From the NCBI RefSeq assembly GCF_006345805.1, contig NC_043003.1, positions 46,314,001-46,378,000 of the forward strand: DNA of 64,000 nucleotides, given 5' to 3'. Each line of letters begins with the position of its first letter. Position 1 is the stretch's first letter. Source of the stretch: Octopus sinensis (taxonomy: Eukaryota). The notes under the pieces are model-generated. The model was not told the origin of the DNA, did no database searches, and saw only the letters and a program-made list of their open reading frames with translations. The translations under genes were made by a program, and so were the position numbers. This document shows positions 39,671-53,559 of the stretch, one piece after another.

Positions 39671-39935
39671 ATTTGGCGGATATTTGTCCTCTTCTTGTGT
39701 GTTGTTAACACAACGTTTCCTCTTATATACCTTCAAGCCTTCATCAGGTGTTTTTCGATGTTGTTGTTGTTGTTGTTGTTGCTGCTGTTGTTCAGGTCAC
39801 TGCTTGGATTCGAGCTCGGAATCTTGGGGCATATGGCGTAGTGATTAAGAGCGCAGGCTACTAACCCCAAGATTCCATGTTCGATTCCAAGCATTGACCG
39901 GAACAACAACAACAAAAACAACAACAACAACAATA
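39668..39935. mobile_element. tRNA-headed element with hammerhead, in inverted arrangement
   Basis: Plus-strand head 39827-39903 has A-box TGGCGTAGTGATT and B-box GTTCGATTCC. An inverted partial head at 39791-39829 continues through (AAC)n into a hammerhead. Confidence 0.75.
39707..39752 (-). ncRNA. Minimal type I hammerhead, stem II damaged
   Basis: Minus strand: AACAC-CTGATGA-AGGCTTGAAGGTATATAAGAG-GAAAC-GTT-GTGTT. Confidence 0.65.
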
Positions 39936-39954
39936 ATAATAATAATGATAATAT

Positions 39955-40016
<62 letters not shown>

Positions 40017-40198
40017 AGAAAGAAAATTTGTTTTCGACGTTAATGACAATCATTTGCGCCCGCGCGTGTGAGGACGCATTATCGACAAATATTTTAGGTC
40101 ACTATCAAAATTATGTAACCACTTATTGAATTGTATACAAGCTTTAAGCTTATCGGAAGAATTGTAGCTCTTATTTACAGGTTACTGTTGATATATAT

Positions 40199-40272
<74 letters not shown>

Positions 40273-40434
40273 TGACACTGATCGTACTTGAGAACTGCGT
40301 CATGAATTATGCTTATGGAATATTCCGCTATATACTCTCTAATTCAATGGACCGGTAGGTGAGGTTTTTTATGGCTTCCCCTTTTTGTCTATGTCAGCGA
40401 ATACATTCATACACACACACATACACACACACAA

Positions 40435-40520
<86 letters not shown>

Positions 40521-40596
40521 TATATATATATATAACAATGATAAATCTCAGAGCGAGTTATAAACAGTAGCGGTAACACAACGTGATGCATATATG

Positions 40597-40730
40597 CCAT
40601 TTGAATATGGCTAACCCAAAAGGGTGGATGCTACTGTAGTTTGTAGCCCCAGGGAGACACCTCCTCCCGCTGGCTATAGACACACTATCTGTGTCCTGTC
40701 AGTATTTGTGAAGGGGAGTCATCCTCCCCG
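40597..40730 (-). other. Conserved multi-hairpin domain homologous to the arms of 28953-29440
   Basis: Same order of helices with divergent loops. Strand inferred from G-U pairs and from orientation relative to the 29228 hammerhead. Confidence 0.65.
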
Positions 40731-40818
40731 TCTTCAACATTCCATTATCGCAATGGACTCCATGTGGACAGCCATCTAAGAGTTTTTGTTCATCTTGATG
40801 CTGACATAAGTTCCTTGT

Positions 40819-40901
40819 TTTTCCTGATGAGAAGGCGGCATAATGCACCCCTTATTCCTTCGAAATTAGGAATATGCAGCCTTCGAAACATATGTCGAAA
40901 A
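40819..40901 (+). ncRNA. Type I hammerhead ribozyme, canonical core
   Basis: TTTTC-CTGATGA-GAAGGC..GCCTTC-GAAA-CATATG-TC-GAAAA. G10.1-C11.1 pair, palindromic stem III, GUC triplet, predicted cut after 40896. Confidence 0.88.
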
Positions 40902-41427
40902 TAAAAGAATTTTGTTAAATCGTCGTTCAACTCCATTCTTTCATTTATTTGTATTAATAAAAACACAAAAATTTCCACACGAAAGCACGTGATCTCTGCC
41001 CTTGGCATGTAGCTTCAACCGTGTTTTTCTGACGTGAATTTGCTACCCAGGTATCGGTTAACCGAATTATCCATACTGAGATAATTCATTCAACTACTTA
41101 TATATACATATATATATATAATTATAAATTAGGGCATCTACGATACACCACCATGCTGAAAATAGCAGCCATGATCTGACTCTAAAACCACCTTAATTTT
41201 CCATATATCAACACGGAGAGAAAATAAAGAGACAATATGAAACTAGTAAAAAATTACTGGATAATCCTAGATCCCGGATTTCTGAATTTGCATTAGGAAT
41301 GCAAATTTATAATTTATAATTTTAATAGTTATTACCTTCGAAGGTTATTTTTTCTATGCTGGCCGCTTGATAAAATCGTTATTTTTTTTTTAAATTAACG
41401 ATCTTATCCTTATATATATATATACAT

Positions 41428-41461
<34 letters not shown>

Positions 41462-42539
41462 CATATACATATGCACATATATGTGTGTATGTATGTATAT
41501 ATATATATTATATATATATATATACACATATATGCTACACACACACATTTATAAATATAGTATGTAATACATTGTTATTCGTCGTATGTACAATATTTTT
41601 ACTGTTGGTTACTGGTACGTATACACTGCATTCGTTCTTTATTTCATTTTAAATCTAAAAAGAAAGCACACATACGCTTTGAAATTAAATGAAACCTGAT
41701 TTTGGTTATTTCTGTTCTATACTACTATCTCTGCTGCGGAGTTTTAGCTCCACTATATAGGGTTCCTATAGCCTGAAGATGAAACGTGAGTTCTTTCTAT
41801 TTTCTTAGGAACCAAGTTATAGTTGCAGAATTATTTCGAACTTTTTTATGAACGACCTAGAAACATGTCTCCAAGTAGGCTACAATATCATGTAGTATAT
41901 CTATCGTTTAGGTTTTGATATTTTTATTATTACAAGTCAGGCTAACGGATATCAGATACAGATATATATCCACTGAGTAAGGGAGTTAGTGTTCTTACAA
42001 TGTCTTCGTGCTGTTCTTGGAATGTTGAAAATGTGTCTCTTAGTTTACGGGTGATGTAACACATAATAACATGGATTGTGTGGGGATAGATCTTTCTGTG
42101 GGAACAGATTATGTACTTCGAGACAACGTTGGAACTTCTATACTTGTCCTTCTATACTTGTCCTTCAATCTTTCTCAGAATCTCATTCATCATCTGAAAA
42201 ATATTCTAGCTAGAAATAGCAGATATAGTAATCAAATTGTAAAATTGTATGAATTACAGACAAATTTATAAGCAGATATTAAAAGTAGTAACAAAATCTC
42301 TCAAATTATATCGATCCATCTTAAAAGTAACGGAAAGACATATAAAATATTTTAGATACCAGTTAAAAGACGAAATGGTGTCGATTAGAAAGACATTGAT
42401 TATATATTTGCTCAGTCAGATTTAATTAATATTATGCAGTCCAAATGTAACAACAGTAAACATCTCGAATGCAACACATCATTTCACATAACAACATAGA
42501 TATACCACAGCTATACACTGTAAGACAATACTACGAAGT

Positions 42540-43600
42540 AACTACAACACATCTACAGCTTTGGCATTATGTGTAGAAAACATATTGAAGAAAGCAAAAC
42601 TATGCACACACCATCGATGTGTACTCAGAGATATCATATTCCACCAGTACCAAGGAAAGAATATATTTGATTCACCATTACAGATTAGACTAGCCCTGCT
42701 TAGATTCTTATATTTTTACAACAAACAACGATAAATTCCAACTTTAAGAAGTAGCGTATATTGTTATTATCACAGCTGGTTAACAGAAGTATTTACAAAT
42801 CACCAATAGATTGGATGAAACCATTTAAGGTGATAGATAGTCTGGACACAAGAAGAGCATAGCTTGTTTTTCTTAGCAAGCTGTAACCCACTCAATTCGT
42901 ATCATTACATGTTAAACTGCACGTAATCAGAAATGACTACAACATACACAGCCACTACTAAAGGACCATCCAACTAGCATACTTTATCACACTCAATCCA
43001 GATAACCATCAAGAACATTTGCATATGGTATCAGTATCGATATGTTAATTTTCCCACAAACATGTGTACATTACTAGATATAGATGCATTTAATGGAGCC
43101 CAATCTCTTGCAAACATTTGGTCCAGGTGTATGGTTTGAGAATACATTCCGCTCGCTCTCACTTAACATTCCTGGAGACCTTGTAAAGGGTCATAGACAC
43201 TGCTTCCTTCTTCAAAAATAGAAAAAAAGCACTGCCGCGCTCTCACCGATATCACCTGATTCATCTACCACTTTTGCTGCTACAAGAATCTGCAGGTACG
43301 ATAGCTGAAACAAGAAGAAAACTTCTACATGATCAATCGATCTGTTCAAAATAGGAACCAAATATTCCTCAAATCCAACTTTACCCCAATACGAAATAAG
43401 GGACAAACTAGGTCCTCTAGTCCATTATCTGAGATAAAAGACAGTTTGTCCATAGTTGATATTCTTTTAGTCAAACCTATGCTCGATCAAATGTGTTCAA
43501 CAACAGCAGCAGGTAGAATGGAATACAGCATGCAATTCTTAACATACAAAGATGCTTTTCTCCGTTGTCAGTTCCGTTGATTTGTAGTGTCTCATCTTTT
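42540..43600 (+). mobile_element. Possible very old LINE ORF2 3' remnant
   Basis: A/C-biased, coding-like composition with only faint motif traces. Confidence 0.25.
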
Positions 43601-43623
43601 TAAAAATGAGACACGCAGACACA

Positions 43624-43685
<62 letters not shown>

Positions 43686-44304
43686 CTGAACATCAAAATA
43701 TCTTACACGTGACGTGATTTGTCAGAGACTTTAGATTTCGGAAAATTAACGAGACACCGTAATGTAGAAGTTATTTGACAAATTAATTCGTTCATGAGAA
43801 GCATAGATGTTGATCACATATTTCGATGCACATATAATAATACTGCTTTGGTTGGTATATCTGTCTATTTGTGTGCGGGAGATATGTATCTATGTATGTA
43901 TAAATATATATATATTTGTATATATATATATTTATATATATATATATATATATATAAATACATGCATGTATATGTGTATATATATAGATAGATATAGATA
44001 TAGATATGTATATATATGCATGTATACTGCCACACACAGACATGTCTGTGTGTCTGTGTGTGTGCATTTATTTTGGCCATCATTTAATATTCTTTTAAAT
44101 AAACAAAGCAATAAATGTATAGTAATATGCTTTATTTAAAAGGAAAAAATGTCTGATGAATACTGTACATATTTCATGAGTTGAAATTTTCAAAAAATAT
44201 AAACAGAAGTTTCATAAACGCAGAACACACCCACACACACACACACAAGTATATTATATAAACACAAATATAAACATATATATGTGTAAATGCATGTGTA
44301 TGTA

Positions 44305-44358
<54 letters not shown>

Positions 44359-44454
44359 GGGCTGAAAATTATGTATATACCTTTTTTTTTATATCTTTTT
44401 GTCTCATGAAAAATGCACAATACGGATATTGTATTTTTTCTGATATGCCTACGC

Positions 44455-44472
44455 CTATACATACATACAAAC

Positions 44473-44504
<32 letters not shown>

Positions 44505-44607
44505 AAGGAGAGAGAGAGAGAGTGAGAGAGAGAGATAGACAGATAGACAGATAGATAGATAGATAGTTAGATAGATAGATAGATAGAGAGAGAGGGAGAG
44601 ATAGATA

Positions 44608-44665
<58 letters not shown>

Positions 44666-44830
44666 GGATGGAGGGATGGATGGATGGATGGATGGATGGA
44701 TGGATGGATGGATTGGATGAATGGATGGATGGATGGATGGATGGATGGATGGATGGATTGGATGAATGGATGGATGGATGGATGGATAGATAGATGGATG
44801 TATACATACAGACATACATACATACATATA
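44455..44830. repeat. Compound (GATA)n/(GA)n/(GATG)n microsatellite
   Basis: Seen directly. Confidence 0.95.
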
Positions 44831-45448
44831 CTTGTACGCATATACGTGTATGTATATGTGAGTGTGTGCGTGTCTACGCACATACATATCAATACACACA
44901 CACAAGTGAGCACTGTGTATTGATGTATTCCGTGCTTCCTATTAAAAATAGACAATAAAAAGTTTTTCAATGGAATTTTATTGCAATTGAGAGAAATATC
45001 TCTGATCGAGTATAATAATATATGTTGCTATGATCGAAGTAAGGTTTTAAGTATGGAACCACATGTGACATAATCAATGATGTATACAACGTCTAGAATA
45101 ATGATAAGCTGCAGTCTATGAATGTAATATTTTATTTATGAAGTATAAACGAAGACATTTATGAATCACTCGATATTTATATAATTTATAAGAGAATTCT
45201 ATGATAAATATTTTGAAATTAAATGTGATATTTGTGTATGTAAGTATATATGTAGCAATCACACGAAAATTAATACGAAGTTGTTGCATGACTTTATTCA
45301 AGGCTACGACTGTTTCTCGTGGCTAGAGGAACTGTTTTATCACCATAGATTGTAATTTTTGTAAATCTATAGAAAATTATTTGATTAATAAATGAAACAG
45401 TTCGTTTTATCATTCTCATCAGATTCTAACTCTATTGTGATAGGTATA

Positions 45449-45858
45449 CTCTTTTACTCTTTTACTCGTTTCAATCATTTGGCTGTGGCCATGCTGGAGC
45501 ACCGCCTTTATTCGAGCAAATCGATCCCAGGACTTATTCTTTGGAAGTCTAGTACTTGTTCTATCGGTCTCTTTTGCCGAACCGCTAAGTTACGGGGACG
45601 TAAACACACCAGTATCGGTTGTCAAGCGATGTTGGAGGGACAAACACAGACACACAAACATATACACATAAATATATATACATATACATATATACGATAG
45701 GCTTCTTTCAGTTTCCGTGTACCAAATCCATTCACAAGGCTTTGGTCGGCCTGAGGCTAGAGTAGAAGACACTTGCGCAAGATGCCACGCAGTGGGACTG
45801 AACCCGAAACCATGTGGTTGGTAAGGAAGCTATTTACCACACAGCCACTCCTGCGCTA
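45449..45858 (-). mobile_element. SINE family A, full length
   Basis: Reverse complement of the 33591-33996 family. Confidence 0.92.
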
Positions 45859-46214
45859 TATTTTCCAACAGGAATATATTTTGGTGGAAGTGAAATTGCA
45901 TAGTGTCAAATTGTTAGCATCGATATAAGCATCAATATTCCCTTTCGAGATAATTACCCACTATGATTTACTATAAGCTTCCATGTGCCACCGCGACTGA
46001 CTGGTCATTGAGTCAACTTTAAATGTACACGAATAAAGTGAATAGAAGTGAAATTTACTACAATGTATTCTCTATTATAATCACAAACCGGAAGTAAGAT
46101 TGGTAGTATGCAAATAATGTAATAGAGAGAGGAGGTTCGAAAGTTACTAAATGCGGAATGAACGGTAGGGGCCAATCTAAAAAGGATATATAATAAAATT
46201 GACCTCTGTCGCTC

Positions 46215-46987
46215 CATGCCCTGTTCATTCTTTTCCTATATCCCTAGCGAGTACTTCATTATCATTTCTCGGATTACTCAGAAAGTAGCACTCCATTGCA
46301 GCCACATTCATTTCTTTCGCCCACCTTATTTTAGTAGTTGCATGACGACGACTGGGTCCACGCTGCTCACCCGTGGGGTACCCGCCAAGTGAGATACCTT
46401 CACAAGGTGTTCCAGCCTTATTCACGCTGTTTTCATTTCTATTTTTATTTGACATTTCAGCATTCATGATGAAAGTTAGTGAATTTTAGGTTGCACAACT
46501 ACCAGGAATTTTTTAACCCCTGGCACAATCACTGACAGGATCTCCACCCTAAGATATAAGATTCCTGTAATCCTGGTTTAATCATTGCTTCTGGACTTTA
46601 GGTATATGCTATTTTGGTTGCCGTTGCATCGTAAGAGTTCGTTAGCTTTTATACGGGTCTTGTTTTTCTTCCTGTAGTGTGTCAAAATAGCAAGACACAT
46701 GCACCCTCCTTACAGAGCAAGGTCTATGGGGATGCCGCTTTAGTCGCCGAAGTACCGACCGAAAAATGAATTTCCTCGCTCCCAGTTTAAATACGGGGAA
46801 GAGGTGGCAGGTTAGGAGGGTGGTCGCATCCGTCTCATGGCAAATTGGTCTTTTCTTTACAGTAGCAACATAGCAATATTTTGAGAAGATAAATTTTAAA
46901 AAAAGAAAAACAAAAGAGGGAGAGGAAATTTTTAACTGACTTTCTTTGGCCTTGTACTGCATCGGCCTCATGGCAAAGCAGTCTTCT
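46215..46987 (-). mobile_element. R4/Dong-like retrotransposon 5' UTR and ORF N-terminus, adjoining (TAA)n
   Basis: KIRWAKEMNVAAMECYFLSNP followed by frameshifted GYRKRM resembles R4/Dong N-termini; Dong elements are known to target TAA repeats. Confidence 0.7.
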
Positions 46988-46995
46988 TATTATTG

Positions 46996-47051
<56 letters not shown>

Positions 47052-47172
47052 ATTAATATTATTATTATTATTATTATTATTATCATCATTATCATCATCA
47101 GCATCATCATCATCAACATCCTCCTCCTCCTCCTCCTCCTCCTCATCATCATCATCATCATCATCATTATCA
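46988..47172. repeat. (TTA)n/(TCA)n/(TCC)n microsatellites
   Basis: Seen directly. Confidence 0.95.
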
Positions 47173-49090
47173 CCGTTTTTTGTACATAATAGATGTGTAC
47201 TGTTTGTGACAAACCCAGATTGGTGTATATACCTTAAATGAGCAAACGTACATTCAATATTTTTAATAGTGTTCAGCACCTTAATGCTAAAAGCTGCTAT
47301 TAAATCCGATAAAATAGGTTTGGTGGAATAAACAAATACACGGCATGTCTACTAAATATCTTGTTAAGTCTGTTAGAGGTGAAGATACTCCTCCAGGGTC
47401 ATAAACCAGTTACCTGTGGTTTCCTACACTCCTTAAGGAGCATTAGACCACGTGATATTTCTATTATATAATCTAGTTCTATTATATTTTTTTTTAATTT
47501 GGAGTCGATACATTAAGTACAAACCTATGAAAGTGGGTTAACTGAAATTTTAGAACTTCCTAATGAGTCAGTGTCTGTTAACTATCCCTGCCACGTGCGT
47601 TCTAAGTTCTCTTTTAGTATCTTGTCAAAAGGTAACTCTTCTATCAGGAGTTACAATCGACAAGTAGTATCAGAAGACCGGCTACAACACAATGTTTGTC
47701 TTTTATTTGCCACTGTTATTTTCATTTAATGATGTCGTTTATCCCCGGGCTAATCAAACTTGGTCAAGCAGCAATATAAGGCAGTAAATTAGCAGATTCG
47801 TTGGTGCGTTGTATGAATACCTCGTGACATTTGTTCTGACATTTTAAGTTTAAATCTCACCAAAGACAATCTCACCTTTCATCCTTTTTAGGTCGATAGC
47901 AAACGAGACAATCCAAACTGGTGGAGAGGTGAAACGGCAAGATCGATGGACCGGATCTTATGTGGCATTTATTCAGGAATATTATGTGCTGAGTTCAAAT
48001 CTCGCAGAATCATTCGGGTCAGATCTCTAGTTCAAGGTTACCCTTCTTCCTTCTCGCCTATCTACTTCGGACACCATATAAGGACAAGAGACTCTGCCCG
48101 TTTCTCCTGAAGAAAAATATAAAAATGCATCATATCTATTTTTTGCAGGCATAATGTCCGAGATACTATATTATTTGTTTGGTATTTTTACCTTAATGGT
48201 TTATAGAGATGTGGCTGCTATGTTTATCAGATCGCGCGTCAAACGTAATGTCTACTTTTCACTGTTATTGCTGTTGATGTTATTTCTCTCGCGAGAAACG
48301 AAAGGAAATGAAAACAAAACAAAACTAAAAGCAATAGCCAGAATATATAAAAAAAAAAGCGATAGATCTCCTGTGAAGAAACTATAGTTTAGGTCTTATT
48401 AATGTATAGGTGTGTGTGTTTGTGTGGTGTGTGTGTGTGTGTGGTGTGTGTTTGTGTGTTCGTTTGAGAAAGAGAAGGAGAGAGAGAGAGAGGGAAGGAA
48501 ATAACGTTGAAGAAAATGACTGTAAAATAAGGCAGTAAACACACAAAGAAGACAACAAATAATTATATAAAAAAAAATGGAAGCTGGGTCATGATTGACG
48601 AGATAAGAAAGCAGCTAGATGAAAGTTACCTTAAAAGGTAAGAAAAGAAAGAAAGAAAACGATGCAGTTGAGCTACTTTAATTCGAAAGGGAGTTCTGTT
48701 GTCACGCCTTCCCTATCTTTTTTCTCACCATCACCTCCACCATCTCCACCACTTTTTCCATAAGCCATGATAGAATTCTCATAAACCGATTAGGTTATAT
48801 CCAACAACTTCATAGCAGGAGGGACAGTTTCTTTTATTTCTTTATTTATTTATTCCTGTCTTTTTGTTTTATCTTTTTTTTCTTTTTCATTTTATTGATC
48901 CTTGTTTTTGTTTTTTTTTTTATATTTTACTTTTCATTTTCTTTCTCCCTTTCTTCTTTATATTATTAGTATTATACAACCAAATGTGTTAAAGGGATGG
49001 ATAAGAAGGGCCGTAAATGTAGCTTGTGAGTGGGACACAAATGGAAGGAGACTGATGGTGAAGTAAGTAGAACTAGATTCAAGATGCATG

Positions 49091-49170
49091 GCAGAGGCTT
49101 GGTGAGGCTTGGTGAGGCTTGGCGAGGTTTGGCGAGGTTTGGCGAGGCATGGCGAGATATGGCGAGGCAA
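49091..49170. repeat. 10-bp tandem repeat x8 (GGYGAGGYWT-like)
   Basis: Eight in-phase units. Confidence 0.9.
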
Positions 49171-50942
49171 TTGTGGGACGTGGACAACCTATCCGGTATT
49201 CTGCTTTCTATTTACTCTACTTCAACCTACAGCTTCCAACAAATTGGTTTGTTGTTGTCGTCGTTGTTACTGTCAACGTTATTATTGTCGATGGTTGTTT
49301 GTAATGTTGTTGCTGTTGTTGTTGTTGTTGTTCTCATGATGATGGAGGGGGAAGGGCCGATGCCTTGCTGGTAGTTAAAACGTTTCTTTTATTCAAAGTG
49401 TTATAAAAAAAAAATTCGTTTAGAGATGACTACTGCTATTCCGATTGAATTGATGATTATAATGCTTATTATGCTGATGCTAATGATTATGTAGCTAATT
49501 TGTCATTTTAGTCATTCTCTGAGTGGTAGGGTAGTGGCCTTAATCTGATCGATTCCCTCTCTCTCTCTCTCTCTTTATATATCTCTCTCTCTCTCTATCT
49601 CTCTTTCTCTCTCTCTCTCGCAGACACACAGCGAAAGAACCTGGATCAAATTGCTGCGGTTAAATTTCACCGACAATTCTTTTATGTGAGTTTAGGGAAA
49701 AGCAATGATTTATGCTTCTAAGAATTAAGATTAGGGCACAATGTTGATGTTGTTTGTTGTTCCTGTTGTTATTTAGACTCAGGTCAACTTTGAATGAGCT
49801 CACCTATTGTCAAAGGCAATCCAGGCATAACCAATCCGTCTTTAGTTCCTATATGCATGGAACCAACAGCATTGGATGTATTCTGTGTTTACGACACTAG
49901 GGTATAATCTGAGTGTAAAATTTGGCTAATATTTCTACTAGATTAAGCGAAATGTGTCAAAGCGACTTTATTTGCTCAAATAGCTCGACATGTTTAGACT
50001 AGATGAGAAGAAAGTCCATACGAGTTCGGGGTTTAGAAGAAACCGATGCTTCGAGAGAGTTTAAATGGTATAATATAGTGAAATCCTTAAAGGGACAGTG
50101 GGCATTGAAGTGTATAGAATACATGATATTGTGCATAGATTGGGAGAATGGGAGAATGGTGTTTGGTTAGCTTCTTACGCCTAAGTGTGGGTTTTTTTTT
50201 GGGGGGGGGGGTAGTTTGGAACTGTACTGTGAGCAAAGAGGAACATCTGTGTTTCATCAGATATACTTTACCTCGTTAAGAGTAAGCCACACGGCAAACA
50301 ATGCAAAACAAGGAAACAAGTTGCGTTACTGTAAATGAGAAACGGAGACAAAGAAGAGAAAGGAAAGTTTTGTAGATATAAGCTGAAGTAAATTTACTAA
50401 GTGTTTCGATAGAAATGTTACGGATCGTGGATTAATTTCTTAAACTTAAGTATTAATTGAATTAATATTCTTTGAGTTCCACTTCCAATATTTTTTCATC
50501 GGGGTAAATGGGGAACCCATCACAAATTATTAATTATATATGTTAATTATATGATAAATCATTTACGATAATAAAACAGCGACAGAGAACAATTGAATAG
50601 TAAACCATATATGAAATGTATGCTCTTCTGGTTTTAACTATTGCAAATTTGACGTACCTTATGCATTTTCTCTTAAGATTTACTACAATATTCATTATAT
50701 TTGACACAATCATTTTTGTAGCTAATAAACTTGCAGCTCTTGCTCATATAAGCTTGACGGTTTTTCTTACATCATGCAGATGTTCCTTGACCCATAACAG
50801 ACTTTGGATATGCATTGTCCTAAATACAATAAAATACAACTGAATAAGTGTTATAAATCCCCGAGAAAATTTTTTAAAACTTGATCATGGTCGAGTTTCT
50901 AGTAACATGGTTCAAAATAAAGATCTGTTACTCAATTACAAT

Positions 50943-51031
<89 letters not shown>

Positions 51032-51125
51032 GATGACCAGATAACTGAAAAGATGGCAGCGTGGATTTCCTCCTCGGCATCCAGAACTCGGAGTTTTATC
51101 ATGGCTACCGAATAATTGTCACATT

Positions 51126-51171
<46 letters not shown>

Positions 51172-51175
<4 letters not shown>

Positions 51176-51252
51176 TTAGACTCCAGTCCTCTCATGAACT
51201 TACTCTGTCCGATCGACAGAGTAAGTTCATGAGAGGACTGGAGTCTAAAACA
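51172..51252. repeat. Perfect 38-bp inverted repeat with 5-nt loop, next to (TA)n
   Basis: Arms 51172-51209 and 51215-51252. Confidence 0.92.
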
Positions 51253-52027
51253 GTGTAATTCCACTTTTGTCTATGCTTCTGTTTGTGATTCTCTGATGAC
51301 TGCAGTGGAAGCATTGCGTGCACGCCGAAGCACACATTTTATGTTTTCCTTTTGCTTTTTCGAGGCATCCTATCGAAAATCTGTAATTGAATGAATCTTT
51401 AAAAAATCGATTAAATTTACCTTATTGCTGTTTGCAATCACTAAATATGGTATTTCAACACAAAGAATTCCTACCACGCTAAAGCGCACAATTATTTGCA
51501 ATGGTATTGCATCAAATGGCACGTGAATGCAGACAGTTGTGAATGAGCATTCACATCTATAGGCTCATGTGGACAGAACGTATTTCGAGAAAATCGATTT
51601 TCTATCGACCAAAAGTACAATTGTGATAAAATGTAAACGATCGATGCAAACACCAGTGCACTGACAGGCAGCAGGAGGTAAAGGGTATTTCTAAGAAATA
51701 TCACACTTAAGTGCGAAATTTGAGTAAAAAGCATATGCAAATCGAAATAGTTCCTAGGACTTCTCTGAAAATGAAAGACAGCCAAAAATGGACTTTCTTT
51801 GGGAGAAAAGGATGTTAGCATTGAAATTACCTTATATTAATTTGGAAGTAATGAAAATTCATTATAAATAAAGTTATTTAAGTCCACGTAACCGCAAAAT
51901 TTCAGATGGCATATAGGGTTCGGCAATATGCTATGTTGACCGATAAAGTAGCGAAACGTGTTGATAAATAAGTATCAGAACCGACTGTTCGTAAAACTGA
52001 TAAGAATTTGCCAAAATGTCGTTCAAT

Positions 52028-52274
52028 TATGTTTACTGATGAAGAATAACTCATAATTTCAAATGTTGGTACTAATACTCCTTCTTCATGAAATGGAATT
52101 AAAGAATAAACAATGAACATGTAGATGTCAAATCAAGTGAGTCACGCAAAATATGTTTACTGATGAAGAATAACTCATAATTTCAAATGTGGTACTAATA
52201 CTCCTTCTTCATGAAATGGAATTAAAGAATAAACAATGAACATGTAGATGTCAAATCAAGTGAGTCACGCAAAA
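52028..52274. repeat. Tandem duplication of a 124-bp unit
   Basis: 52028-52151 and 52152-52274 differ by one base. Confidence 0.92.
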
Positions 52275-52353
52275 ATCGAAAAATACCGTTCATTTGTTAG
52301 TTTTATATAACTGTCAGCTAAAGGTTTAAATATTTGTCAGTAAAACATTTGTT

Positions 52354-52404
<51 letters not shown>

Positions 52405-53087
52405 TATAATATATATATATAAAGTATTTGTTCAATTACCAATCAATTTGTTGTTTTCTACTCTCAATTGAATTTTGTTGTGAGAATATATTCACACAGT
52501 TGATCTATCGCCAATTAGTATCGTTTATTCATTAAAGTTAATATTTCATTTTATTTTCACTTATTCAAAATAATTGCCTTGTCTTCTTACTCTTTTGTGT
52601 CAGCTTATTTATTAAACACAGAATGACATGCCTGGATGCACGTGTTCGAGTACAGTTCATTCTAGCATGATATCGAATTTTACTGCAATCACATACGTTC
52701 TTTCATGAAATTGCTTAGAATGCTTAATGCAATTAATGCTCTGATGCTGACTAGACGAACATAGCGGCTGGTCGTACGTGATTTGCGGAATTATAGCCAA
52801 CCAGCGCTATTGAAATTGGATTTTCCATCAAGATTTTGGTTAAAAACGGTAAATCTTACGTTCAAACTAACGATTACGTTATGAAATTTAACTGATACAC
52901 CTACTGGGACGTCTTTTATCCATGTGTAAATTTTCAGCGCAATCACTTGAAAAATACTACCGTTATAATCTTTAACACACATACACACAAAACGACAGAA
53001 CAGGGTTTATTTATTATAGATATGCGAATAAATATGGCTGAGAAGTCTTTGTCTTCCGTCCTACGTGATAGTCCGGCGAGAACCACG

Positions 53088-53275
53088 TAAAAAGAACCCA
53101 GTACTTTCTGTAAAGTGCCTGACGTTAGGAAGGGCATCCAGCCGAAGAAGCACGTGAAAGGAGACAATCGGAGCACTTGGTATATCCATCCGGCTTGCCA
53201 GCTCCTGTCGAACAGTCCAACCAATACCAACATGGAAAACGAATCTTAAATTAGGATGATCTTGATGATGATGAT
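53088..53275 (+). mobile_element. RTE-type LINE/SINE 3' tail fragment
   Basis: cgttaggaagggcatccagccg..catggaaaacg ending in (GAT)n; family recalled from memory. Confidence 0.55.
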
Positions 53276-53298
53276 AATATATAAACACACACACACAT

Positions 53299-53399
<101 letters not shown>

Positions 53400-53559
53400 C
53401 TAGAAATAAGAGTTAGCAATGCAGGTGCTTATATCACTGTAGTCACATTCATTGACAAATATAATTCTCCCTTTTGGTAAAACATTGTAATCAAATGTTT
53501 ATATTATATATGTGTGTGTGTATACATACATACACGCGCGCACACACAGATGGAGGTGG

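Noticed and set aside
39827-39903. tRNA gene
   Set aside because: A and B boxes are present but the acceptor and T stems do not pair properly; treated as a SINE-type head.
41765-41795. CTGAAGA-T-GAAACGT hammerhead-like core
   Set aside because: No stem II and no stem I pairing.
44145-44200. CTGATGA..GAAA
   Set aside because: No convincing stems; expected by chance in AT-rich DNA.
52028-52274. Tandem 124-bp unit with CTGATGA..GAAA as a retrozyme dimer
   Set aside because: The core would be sequestered (ATGAAGAA/TTCTTCAT), with no valid stem III or UH site; more likely a local duplication or assembly overlap.
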